Shown here: positions 22,572 through 34,819 of the stretch, piece after piece
Position numbering within the stretch: position 1 is the first letter of the stretch
How the letters are laid out: each line of letters starts with the position of its first letter
Origin: Azolla caroliniana
Taxonomy: Eukaryota; Plantae; Polypodiophyta
DNA length: 64,000 nucleotides
Direction: 5' to 3'
Assembly (NCBI GenBank): GCA_043228905.1
Contig: JBHGNT010000015.1
Coordinates: 8,184,001 to 8,248,000, forward strand
The notes under the pieces: model-generated
The model's input: the letters and a program-made list of their open reading frames with translations, nothing else
The model's database searches: none
What the model was told of the DNA's origin: nothing
Translations under genes and position numbers: made by a program

Positions 22572-23848
22572 TATGCTTGTTGCCGAGCAAAGATGCCACG
22601 ACATCATCCATAGGGTTTGTTGGAATCCTTACCAATTCCAAGTAACTCGTGACAGTCCATTTGTCTTGGTTTTATCACAGATCTTCTAGTCTCGAAGGGT
22701 TTCGATGCTATCTTAACCGTCGTCGATCAATATACTAAGATGGCACAGTTTGTGCCTTGTACTAAGGTCATCACTAGTGAGGAAACCGCAACCCTTGTCA
22801 TGCGTGAGGTATTTCGGCATCATGACCTCCCAGACAATATCATCAGTGATCGAGGACCTCAATTCGTCTCCAAATTTTGGAAGCATCTCTTCAAGATGCT
22901 CAAGTCTCTTGCAACCTCTCCTCCGGCTACCATCCGCAAACAGATGGGCAAGCGGAACGAACGAATCAAACGTTGGAACAATGTCTTCGGTGTTTTCAAA
23001 GTTATCAACAGGACGATTGGACTGATATTCTCCACTTTGCGGAGTTTGCGTATAACAACACTATTCACTCCTCGACTCGGGTCTCACCATTTTACGCTAA
23101 TACCAGTTCTCATCCTCGTTGGTCTGCGATCGACACCGCAGAGCTACCTACCAATCCTCGTGCCGAGGATCATCTGGAGAGGCTATGCAAGATTCAGACG
23201 GATCTTCCTCCACGCCTTCAGATACATCCGGTCTTCCATAGTTCTCTTCTCGAACCTTATCATGCTAACACTATTCCCGATCGTGTTACACCACCACCGC
23301 ACCCGCTTGAGTTGGGAACTCGTCGAGCATGTCGCCAATGCTCAGGATCTTCTTGCTGATTTCCACTGAAAGTATCCGGACAATCCCGGTCCACAATCAA
23401 CGCCGACTTGTGACACTCGTCGTCTTAAGGAGGGGATAGTGTCATGATATGGCAAGACTCGAACCCATAACCTTATGTTATATGGGTCGAGCTCTTGATC
23501 ATTACATTATCTATTGTAATATGTAGGATATTATTTTCATTTAAGTTTTACTATAGAAAATTATTGTATATTCTAGATTTCTCTGGAACATTCTAAAAGC
23601 TTTAGGACTATTCCTGAGAACACTATAAAAAGAGGCACAATGCATTATTTCAAACCAAATTGGTTCAACGCCAGTCTTAAGCCTCATAGCTATTTTGTAC
23701 TTACTCTTCACATAATATATCATCTGTTATCATAATCCTCTCTCTCTCTCTCTCTCTCGCGAGTCTTACACAGTCCGTCCTCTTAGTACTAATAGTACTT
23801 CCCTTCTCTAGTACTAATTCTCTCTCTATTTTAGTACTATTCTTGACA
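22572..23848 (+). mobile_element. 5'-truncated chromovirus: deleted integrase remnant, PPT and 3' LTR (23440-23848)
   Basis: SDRGPQF and YHPQTDGQAE motifs. LTR TGTCATGA...TTGACA matches the chromovirus family. Confidence 0.9.
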
Positions 23849-25427
23849 GTCGTCACCGGTTGTTCCGGTTTCTCCAAGTACGTGAACCACTCCTCGTGGC
23901 TCGTCATATGGTTCAACGCTCTATAATCAAGATACCATACCTCGTTCATTTTTGAGGTGTTTGTCTTCATTGAGTTAGCCTTATGCTTCATCACAAACGT
24001 GGGGCCCAATCCATTTCCAGTTCCGAATCCTTCCGATCCTTCGGCGTAGTGCGAGCTTTGCCGTCTCCCTTGTCCAGTCTTGCCGGATTCGGATTTATCC
24101 GAATCAGCACAATTCTTCCAGCACTCGCTCTCCTAGTGGCCTTTTTTGCCACAATACCATCATTCCGTTTCGGCCTTTCCTTGCCGGTTTCTGGCATCGC
24201 CTTGACTCCCCTTGTTTCCAAGGGTTCATAATTACTGTAGGCATTTTGATTATGCCTCTGATTTTGCTCCTATCGGCCGCCTCCATTGGGTACTGACCCG
24301 CCTCGTCCGCCACGACCACGGGGCCTATCTTCCTCCATGTACAATAGCCTATTGTCAGTGTGCATACTCGTCGTACCCTCATGGTTCTCCTCTATAAGGA
24401 ACATCGACTGTAAGTCGAAAAACGAAGGTGAATTCTCCCTTGTATATACCGCCGTCCGGAATGCTCCGAACTTTGACGTCAAGCCTCCGAGCAGACCTGC
24501 ACCATTTCATCCTCCTCGACGATCATGTTAATGGAACCAAGGGAGTCATAGATCTCCTTTTTTTGGGTTGTGTGGTCGGCCACCGACATGTCTTTCTGCC
24601 AAACATTGCTCAACTCCTGTATGAGTTGTAGCTTCCGAACTTTTCAAATTTGTCCAAGCTTCCTTTGGTGTCTTGGCATCCCAGATGTGGCTGAGCAGTT
24701 GGTCGCCGACACTGGATGCGATGCAGTACAATACCTTGCTTGCCACTTGTTCCCAAGCTGAAAAATCCTTGTGTGTCGCATCTGGTGCTGTGTCATTAAC
24801 TCCATTGACATAACTCTAGTATCCATGTCCGAGCAAGTACTGGTGCATCTTGTACGACCAAGATGCGTAGTTGCTTCTGTCGAAAGCGGGCTAACCATTC
24901 CTCTATCCATTCTTTCCTTCCTGCTCTTTATCGGGTTTTAGGGTTTGTTTGTAAGAGTCTCTTGTCGGCAGCAAAGGATTCTCAACCCTCATGCTATGAT
25001 ACCATGTAAAATTTAATGTGCAAAAGTGTAGACACACCAGTCAGCCAGATAGCAACAGAAAATGCACAAGTTTAATGGAAAGCTTAAGATACATAGAGAG
25101 TATGCGGGAGAGACAGATAGAGCAGAACACACACCGTCTATTTCAAAATAAACTCAATACTCTGTACATACAATGTGCTCAGTGAGCACTTTTATACAAG
25201 TCCTTAAAGGACTCACAGAAGTACTAGCATGTGCTTCAATGCTCGTATTGAGCGACCGACACTAACTCCTAAACATATGTCTATGTACTAGGCTAGAATC
25301 GTAGGCCTCTAACGGCCTACTGGTTACACTCCATTCTAGACATTGATCCGGCTCTTCGATCCGGACATCGATCCGGGTCTTGGCTTATTCAGCCGATACT
25401 GATCATGTTGAGCTTGCTCGCTCAACA
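23849..25427 (-). mobile_element. Ty1/copia fragment (second family): 5' LTR 25005-25427, PBS, gag-protease
   Basis: Minus-strand PBS TGGTATCATAGC. LTR begins TGTTGAG..CAAGCTCAACA like 38585. gag ENSPSFFDLQSM and protease region VWYLD. Confidence 0.85.
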
Positions 25428-26894
25428 GCAACCGAATGGGGATTTTGCCAATTCCAATGATTTGGCACTCATGCCCATTGCCAAGTTGGACTCAGCCACC
25501 AGCTCCAGCCAAATAGTCCAAAGACCATTCCCAATGGGGGGTCACATGGAAGGTGGCACCCGAATCCAGCAACCACATTTGTGCATCTTGTGCACTATAC
25601 AGGATCTTGCTGGTTGAAGAGCCTTCAAGTGAGAGGAATCTCCTTACTGGAATTCGGAAATATTTACTTGATTGCCAGTTGGAGAATGATTCGTCTCGGA
25701 TGATCCAAAATTTCGATCGAATTTTCGCCCGTTTTCTTTCTTGTTGATTGACCAACAATTGGCAAAACTCTATGGCCGGTCTTTTTGCAATATGTGAAGA
25801 AGGTATTCAGCTTTCCGTCGATCGTTTTTCCTCCTCAACCGACTTTGGCTTTGGTCTGTTCTTTGAGCCGTATTAGTTGAAAAATGGGCTTCGACACCAT
25901 CATCAATGGGGAGTTCCATTGATTTTCGTCAGATGTCTTCCGACAATATCGTCTCGATTGCTTCGTCTAGTGTTAACTTCGACAAGCTATTGGTGATGGT
26001 TGTGCAGAAGACCTCCCGGATTGCCGATAGGCTCGAACGAAGAGCAAGGGCTTTGATTTCTTCCTCAAAGTTCAGCCCTTGCGAGGATGGTTCGGTCAAC
26101 ACCCGGCTAAAGGTGTTGATGTGGGAGGTAGCCGGCTCCGTCTTTCTCATCTTCATATTTGAACAATTTCCAGTCGATAAGAGTTTGGATGAGGATTACT
26201 TCTTTTCATATACGGATTGTAGTTTCTGCCATGGGGCGTATGCCGATGTCTCCTTGGCCATACTCAAGTAGACATTTTTGGCCAAGTGCATCCAAATGGT
26301 TGATCTTGCCATTCGTCTGCCGTCATCGAGGTTGGCTTGCTGTTGTGCCGAATTGCCTCGATTTGATGCCGGATGATCAATACATCCTTCATCATCTCCT
26401 TCTAGAGGGCAATATTTTTGTCATCAAATTTTCTGAACTCACAGCTAGTGACAGATGTCGAGGCCATCATGCTTGTGGATGTGAATACTTGACCTGGTCG
26501 TTTCCTTCAATCGATTTTCCTTCTTCCTATGTTGTTGCTGTAGAACTCCGATTCTCTTTGATACCACTTTGTTGACAATGGATGTGTGTTGGTCGGTTGT
26601 GATGTGTGAGGTTGGCCGATTAGTGTGGAAATGTATGTAGATCTTGTTGAATGGAGTTAGCAAACAAATGACAAGAGAGGATATGGTGCATTGTTCAGTC
26701 ACAGAGATAATATAGAGAAAGAGATCGTAGCATAGTCTCTTAGAGCTTAAGAGAATTATTGCATTACAATCCCACCGAACTGTCAGTAGAAGATTTAGTT
26801 TCTCACTTTTATAGTTAGGGTAACTAAGCCGTAACTGTGAGAGTGTGTTGACAGTAGGAATACAATTGGGTGAAGTAAGACTTTTAGTCCAACA
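25428..26894 (-). mobile_element. old Ty1/copia relic: gag-protease, PBS, 5' LTR ~26570-26894
   Basis: WLLDSGATFHVTPH, HINTFSRVL..EEIKALAL, minus-strand PBS TGGTATCAAAG (26556-26566), TGTTG...CAACA ends. Confidence 0.75.
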
Positions 26895-27248
26895 GATTGC
26901 ATGTAGCTTTTGAAACACGCCTTGCACCGTGGGTGACCATGATTTCCTCTCACCAAGTCTCTTTATTATTTATTTGGTTGCAAATAGAATCGTCATACCC
27001 ATATACATATGTATGTACGGTGTACCTATACATATTGATTGATATATATAAGTATATGAATGAATGTATGTACATATATGTATATACATAGTATATAGTA
27101 TGTATGTACGTACACATAATTAGTGTGGCACCAGAGGAGAAAGATGCGAGTGAGAGAGGCAGGCAACCTGGTGGTGGACAGGTGCAAAGCTACCCAAATT
27201 AGTTCAGAATCAAAACTCTTAGAGTTCTTCCACAGTCCCTACTTCAAC

Positions 27249-27256
27249 AAACCCTA
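27249..27256 (+). promoter_or_regulatory. telo-box upstream of TFB2
   Basis: AAACCCTA about 160 nt before the ATG, typical of plant housekeeping promoters and 5' UTRs. Confidence 0.45.
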
Positions 27257-27409
27257 GCAGAGCAGAGCAGAGATAAGAGTGTCTAATCTACATCAGGAAA
27301 GCGGTGAGAGAAAGCCAGGTCCTGTGGTTTGTTGGGGTCTTTTAAGGTCTAGGTAAGAAGAACAGATAAGCTTTGGTCTTGGCAAGAAGCTTGACCCTTT
27401 TCGGCAAAC

Positions 27410-30400
27410 ATGCCCAACGTTAAGTTTGTTGCAAGAGATTTCATGGGCATGGTGGCTAACCTTCCTGCTCTCAAGATTGATGTCCTTTATGAAAGCATCT
27501 GGACCTGCCAGGCCATATTCAGGTATACTCATTTTGCCGTGATCAGGATGGGAAATAATGAAAAAGAGTTATAGATGTACAACTGCAGGGCCGTGATCAG
27601 GATGGGAGTATGGGCAAGGAGATGGGGTAGGCAGGTTGGAAGCCCTTATGATATGCCTTCCTGATGCTACGATTAGAGAGAAAGTTCTCCCTTCATATAT
27701 CTTGCTCACATCATGCTCAGACATTAGCAGGAAGACTAGTAAACAAGAGCGGTCTGCCTTGCCACTTATGTACTAACATGCATATATGCTGGGATGTCCA
27801 CTCCCAGTTGGCATGTTGAGTTAGGATTTTAGAACTTACTAGTTTTTGAATGATTTTAATCAATTTGATGCCATGAAGAATTAATAGACCAGATTTACGG
27901 TGCTATATTGTTCACTTTTATACTCTTAACACTTTCTTTGAAACACATAGGTGTTTGCCACCAATTGCCAAGATGTATGTATTAAGACTTCTTTACCTTG
28001 AAGTTGGGGTTGCCAGCAAGCTAATGGAAGATTGGATTCTTCCAGACTACAATTCAAAGCATAAAGTAGCTATTGATAGATTGGTGCAATTGCGAGTTTT
28101 TCTAATGCCAGAAGGGTGCGCGCCCTTCCATATAAAACTAGCGTGTGCTGCTGCTTCCTTGATTTTCTAACTCACTAACTCAGTTTGTTACAGAAAAAGA
28201 GAGCCAAGCTATAAACTGAATCCCAAGTTTCAGAAGCAATTGCGGCAAGCCCTGACCAGTGGGTTAGTGAATACTTTGTTTCTTTTGATTATTGATTATG
28301 ATGGAAGTTCTTGATAAAAAAATATGGCATATAGTGCGGGAGCTCCAAGAGAGCCTTTGTCTTCACACATTGCAGCAAGACTTCCTACAGCAGTGGAACT
28401 GGACGACTATGCCATGAAACAGTGGGAGGTATGTTCTTCTGACTTGATCTATGAAAGCCATTTTGGCTGATGCTATGAACAAGAAATTGCAATGACCTGT
28501 ATCAAATCTTTAAAAAGTATTTCCTATCAGTTTCCACAAACAATGTGGTAATGTTAAAGATTTGAATTTGTATAGGGTGTGCTCCTGCAACTTGTAAGCA
28601 CAGCATTTGCAGAGAGTGCCCAGGACACACCCCGTGATCAATTTGTCATTCAAACTTTTCAACGAGCTGGACTTTTAGATGGGTATTTAACATTTTTGCC
28701 AAACTTGTTTTTTGCTATTGCTTGAAGGAACTCTGTAAACTGTAAATAAATATTTCTGTCTATGTATCATGTTAATGTTCCATCAGCCTAAATGTGAGCT
28801 CAGCCAAATTGACAGAAGCGGGGTTTCAGTTTTTGGTAAGTTTGAATGTAGAGATATCTCTTTCTATTGGAAAGAAAATATCTAATTTTTTGTTTTGCTT
28901 GATATTGGAAACCCAGCTCATGGATACGGGCTACCAACTGTGGCAGATAATTCGTGAATACATATCGTCCGCTGAGGTAATTCATCTGGCACTTCTATGG
29001 TGTTTCATTCAGTTCAGATTCACTTCAAATTTGATGAAGTTTTTTCTTAGTAACACAGGACAGGGGGATAAACAACGTGGAATTAATTCGTTTCCTTCTA
29101 GAACTCGGTTTTCATCTTGTTGGTGAGGTGAGCTGTGAAGGCTATGATGTGACATGTAAACTTGTTTGATCCAAAATTGTGATTCAAGTGTGGGCGAAGT
29201 ACAATGATTATGGGTAGATGAGGCCATAATCTTCTGATGGAGTCCCTAAAGCCTGTAATGGGTACTTAGATAGCTAAAATTCTCTGTGATGAATTGCGTG
29301 CAATGTCAAATAGAAGTACTACGTTTCGTGTGACTTTTGTATGTGCCTCACATATAGCATGCTTAATTTACGATACTGGAATGCCTGAGACTTATCTTAA
29401 TGCTGGAATGCAGCCTTATAGTGTGAACACACTTACTGAGACAGAACAAACAATATTGGATGAAATTGCAATCCTGGGGCTTGTAAAACGGCAACAGGCA
29501 AGTAGATATAAAGCTATAAAGGTCACAAACTATTTATGTACTAACGGGTGGTTGTGATATCTGTAGGGAATGAAGGAACGATGGTTCATCCCTACAAGAT
29601 TAGCTGCAAATCTTGCTATGAATCTTTCTGACGTTTCAAACCGACAGACTTCCGAGGTAACAATTTTTCCACAGATGCAGGTGGCAGTTATATCAAGCAT
29701 TTCTTACAACATTAGTTGACATTTGAGTTTAGTAATACTCTGAAAATAGCTAATTTCCTGTATGAATTTTCGATCTCATTGATGCTTTCCTGCAGGGGTA
29801 TTTAATTATAGAGACGAATTTCCGTTTATATGCATACACATCTTCCAAATTGCAGATCCAGATACTCCGTCTTTTTGCAAGGTCAGGTTTCTGAGATTCC
29901 AGTGGTATTGTTTATCCAGACATAATTAAATATGTTACTATGTGTGAACAGGATTGAGTACCAATTGCCCAATCTTGCTGTTGGTTTGATAAACAAGGAA
30001 AGTGTAAATGCAGCTTTTTTCAGTGGCATTACAGCAGAGCAAGTAATTTCCCTGGGTGGTTTAGTTTTATGTTTTCAAAGAAAAACTCTCTGAATTTATT
30101 ATTTAGTAATTTCATATCACACTTCTACATAATTATAGCATATAAATTGTCCTTAAAAGAGAATTTCTTTTTAAAGTGTAAATTTCTGCTCCTCATGGAT
30201 ATTCACAGATAGTATTATATCTTTTGTGGTGAACGAGAAGGTGAGCCTGGAAAAGCTCACTTTTCTGAGACTTGCCTTGTCTTAACTAGGTGTTCAAGCA
30301 TGCCATGAAACTGGAGAGAAATTTAAAACAAAACTGCAGAGGCAAGATGCTGAAATCTCATTGCAACTGAACTAGATTATCTCTAGTTGTATGACACTTG

Positions 30401-32466
30401 AACTCTAATACTGTTAAGCTAGCTCTTCCAAGAAATCAGAGCTTCCTTGTGCCTTGCATTCTTAACTTTAGACCATTTTATATCAGAGGAAATATGAGCA
30501 ACCTACGAAAGGGATCCCAAGATGTTAGTCTCATTTGTCCCCAAATTCCTGTCTACCTTATGATCACGCCCCTTTCTGGTCGTGTTCTGCATTTGTATTC
30601 TCCAATACAAGATCTTGAGAAGAGGATTGTGATCCAATGATATTGTATGAGTTCTCAGTTGAAACACGATGAAGGGTTCCTTCATTCTCTTTACGCGACA
30701 CTCAAGCTTTTTCCTACAACTGCCCATGCTGACGATGGATGTTTTTGAAATTAAAAATGCTTGATTCTTACTGTCATTAATGTCAACTTGAGCTGATAGG
30801 TGACTGTACTTTCAAATCAATTTATTATGTTTTAACAAATTTCTCACATTCTAATATTTATCCTTGTGCTATTACTATTTTATGTATTTTCACATGTATG
30901 GTACATCATGTCTGCACAAGTAGTTTCAAAATAAAGTATGTGGATGGTAAGCAATACTCATCAGTAATAAAATTTAATTTATGTTTAAGAAATGCACCTG
31001 AAAAATAAAGCCATTTGCAAATTCATTGGTTGGTATCATGCCATGCATTTGGTGTTCAATGATAAATGCTGGTTCTGGTTTTGCAGATAATTACATTCTT
31101 GCAACAAAATGCTCATCCACATGTTGCACAGAAGGTGCCTTCTATTCCAGAAACAGTGTGTGATCAGGTAGCTTTTTTGTGGAGATGATATATAGCATGT
31201 AAAGTAGCATGCTCAATGACTTGAGCTTATTACACTACACTGAAAATTATGCATTGGAAAGAATATTCATGTATGTAAAGGCGAACAATTGTAGTAAGTT
31301 AATGGATGGGTCCCTATGACATACTTTGTTAGCCAAAAGGTGGTTCATTCTGGGTGGATAGCAATGTGGCCAACGCTTCTATGAACTGTTTCATGTATGT
31401 TGTTGGCCAACGCTTAAATGTTAATGGGGAACTTTTAGGTGGGTAAAAGCATAGTTGTAAAATACTTAGCATACAATATGTATGGTATGTATTTAAAAAG
31501 TACTCTACGATTTTCTAAAAATTGCGTAGAATACGTATTCTAAAGATGAAATATTTTGAATACATTAAATACTTCTTAGATTTGTATTGGATCTAACAAT
31601 TGATTTTTGGCCAAATTATTATAATTTTATTATTTATTTACTTTTAAGAAACATAAAATACTAGAATATATTAAAAACATGGACATTTTGAAACGACAGT
31701 TCAAAAATGTAGAATGTGTTAAATACTTCTGAGTATGCTATACATAAAATATGTGTTTTTTACAACTATGGACCATGAAAGTTATTGGTAGTAACAGATA
31801 ATTGCGAGAGAGTCTGAGGTGTCGTATTCATAAAGGCTTTCCATACAAGGTTTATTGTAGCTCACGAGGGAGCATTGAATATGGGTTCACGGTTTATATG
31901 CATGTATCTCTTATACGTTTTTAAGCCACTAACATTTGGTGTAACACTTGTAATGCGTTCCTCTTCCAAGTTCATCTCTATTTATCTTATTCTGAATCTC
32001 AATAAGAAATGTATACCATTGAAACTCCATAAATACATTCCTACGGCAAAATTACATAATTTGTTTTTTCAGATTCGACTATGGGAGAAGGATAGCAATC
32101 GGGTGCAATATGTGCCCTCTTGTTACTATGATGATTTTCCATGCAAGGTGAGCTACATCAGATTAGTTTTGAATTCGGTTATGCTCGTGCACTATTATGC
32201 CATTGTGCTTAAAAATTCAGTGTTTTCTTTATCCATATCATTCTTGACATATAGTTAATGGAACTATTATCCTTTTCATTGGAATTTTAATGCATGGTTG
32301 TGTATCTCAGGATTTTTTCGACTCAATATGCTTGTATGCGCAAGATAGAGGTGGGCTTGTATGGCATGATGATTCTAAAAGAAGATTGATAGTTCGTGCT
32401 GATCTTCATGAAGAAATTCGAGCCTATATTAGGCAACAAAGTACTGCATCATCTCAAAAGAGATAA
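27410..32466 (+). CDS. TFB2: general transcription and DNA repair factor IIH subunit TFB2 (p52/GTF2H4); 15 exons: 27410-27522, 27951-28115, 28194-28262, 28335-28428, 28576-28682, 28787-28835, 28917-28976, 29059-29127, 29414-29497, 29567-29656, 29796-29881, 29952-30042, 31087-31167, 32073-32147, 32311-32466
   Basis: Spliced length is 1389 nt (462 aa plus TAA) and exon phases are consistent. Motifs MPNVKFVARDFM, LPPIAKMYV, LTEAGFQFLL, WFIPTRLA, IETNFRLYAYT, IEYQLPNL, FLQQNAHP, DQIRLWE match plant Tfb2. Confidence 0.95.
31450..31770. mobile_element. MITE-like element in TFB2 intron 13
   Basis: 13-bp perfect TIR CATAGTTGTAAAA / TTTTACAACTATG around an AT-rich core. No clear TSD. Confidence 0.6.
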
Positions 32467-32563
32467 CTTTACTTTATGGCAATTGCTTTTACCCCCTCTT
32501 CTTTCTAAGAGACTTGTCACATAATAACAAAGAAATCTTTGAAAATACTTGATTGCATGAGAT

Positions 32564-33137
32564 TATAAGGGTGCCACATTGATTTAATTCATGGTGAGAT
32601 GCACATAAGGTGATGATGATCTCTGGAATAGAGCTTGTTCTTGTGCATGCAGTAAGGAGTATAAGGGCGCCACATTGATTTAATTCATGGTGAGATGCAC
32701 ATAAGGTGATGATGATCTCTGGAATAGAGCTTGTTCTTGTGCATGCAGTAAGGAGTATAAGGGCGCCACATTGATTTAATTCATGGTGAGATGCACATAA
32801 GGTGATGATGATCTCTGGAATAGAGCTTGTTCTTGTGCATGCAGTAAGGAGTATAAGGGCGCCACATTGATTTAATTCATGGTGAGATGCACATAAGGTG
32901 ATGATGATCTCTGGAATAGAGCTTGTTCTTGTGCATGCAGTAAGGAGTATAAGGGCGTCACATTGATTTAATTCATGGTGAGATGCACATAAGGTGATGA
33001 TGATCTCTGGAATAGAGCTTGTTCTTGTGCATGGAGTAAGGAGTATAAGGGCGCCACATTGATTTAATTCATGGTGAGATGCACATAAGGTGATGATGAT
33101 CTCTGGAATAGAGCTTGTTCTTGTGCATGGAGTAAGG
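32564..33137. repeat. 96-bp tandem repeat, 6 near-identical copies
   Basis: Units start at 32564, 32660, 32756, 32852, 32948 and 33044 (TATAAGGGCGCCACATTG...CATGCAGTAAGGAG). Confidence 0.97.
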
Positions 33138-34819
33138 CAATCACGTGGAGATATAATCATCATTGATTATATGGGTGAAAATTTCTGATAATAACGGGCA
33201 CTTATCTTTTTTAAGGTTTCGTTTAGCTTGAAGCACATGAAACTACAAGCAACTCTATATATGTGAAAAACTTAATGATTACGAGAGACTTCAGCAAGAG
33301 AAACATGGGATCAAAATCCATATGCAATCAAATGTAATAATGGGAGAATGAGTAAAACATGTATTACTCACGTGGTGATCCAATTTTGAAAAGGTTGGTG
33401 GTGGGGTGATGAATGCATCTCTAATGTTGTAAGATGATAGTGTTGATCTCATGAAAAATATGCACATTGGAATTTTGGTCTTGATTGGTGATAAGGATGT
33501 ACGCAACAAAGAGCAATTGCCCTAGTTGTGAGTTTCTTTGGAGCTGGGGGTCCACTTTGTCCATGATCTCTTTGTGGAAAAGTAATTTGTCATTTTTTGA
33601 AAGAAGGTAGGTCAATGAGAGTTTGAATCCCTTAGGCTTCTTTTGTTATTGTTGCTGTACAACTCTATGGAAGGGTCCAAATACTTCTCTAAAGAGGTAG
33701 TACTATCTTACTTTATACTTTGATAGACTAGTCAAGGATGCACCCTCTCATTTTTGTCTTGTCAAGTTATTTGTTAATTTTTTTTGTCTCTATCCTCAAA
33801 GACGAGGGAATATGTTTGCTCCTTTTAATCTTTTGAGATAGGATAACAAATAATTATTGTTAAGTTTGATGTTGAGCTTACCTTCACCATAACATGTATA
33901 GTAGGTAGTGTGCATGCTATAAATGTGTGTAACAAGTGGTAGAAAGTGACTCATTGAACCACTATAAAATATTCAGCCAATGAATATAACATGGAAAAGA
34001 TAAAGGGTTGGAAGCATCACATTGTATTCTATACTAATCTATCCATTGAATTATGATGAGCGCCATTTTGTTCCTTTCTATTTTGATATATTATTCTTAT
34101 TCAGTGTTGGTTAAATTGAGAGTGAGACCACTTCTAAACATGATGGTAAGCTAAGTTTGTGGTGTGTATAAAGTTTGTTGGTTAAAAGGATCATTAGACT
34201 TAATTTACACAAAGAACACTTGATGGTGACAAAACAAGGGACAAAAATGCTCTTTATATTATGTACAACTCAAAGTGTTACAAAAGAGTCCCAATATTCA
34301 AACAAAACCAAAATGTGTGTTGGGATAGGTCGGGGCAACTTTGTTTTGCTCTAAGGAGAGAGCACCAAGCATTGACTTCTGAAAATGAGAATGAGGGATG
34401 AATAATCCTTTCCATGCCTTCTCCTTATAGAGGGCGTTAGATGGTTGTTGGAATTAGCCATTAGGCTAGTTGTTGGGGCAATACATTGGGAATACTCATT
34501 TGAATAAGAATTGGGATAAACCATGGTGGCATGCCCCTCTTGGGACTAGGATTGTACTTTCGAGTGAGAGTCTCAATTTGTTGGGATAAATTGAGGACAC
34601 TACATTCACATGGGTCTTTTAGAGATGGAGTTCCATCAAGCGTGCAAAACCTTGTTAAGGATTATAGTGCATTATTCCTTCACATTGTGTTTCTTGGGCC
34701 ATTCTCGATCTTCTACTCTATGGTCCTTTAAGGAAACTCCTCGTTTTGATCTCTCGCTCAACCACCTTGGTTGTGCGCACCTTCACCGGAGCCACCTTGT
34801 CTTCTTTTTCCTCCAATTC

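Noticed and set aside
32564-33137. CRISPR array or C/D snoRNA cluster
   Set aside because: There are no unique spacers and the context is eukaryotic. TGATGA is present but there is no CTGA D box or terminal stem.
32489-33163. 224-aa repetitive ORF
   Set aside because: It is a by-product of a 96-bp (multiple of 3) tandem unit lacking stops, antisense to the TFB2 3' region, with no protein-like features.
33140-34819. additional gene or LTR in the AT-rich interval
   Set aside because: I found no consistent ORF or exon chain, paired termini or TSD, so it is left unassigned.
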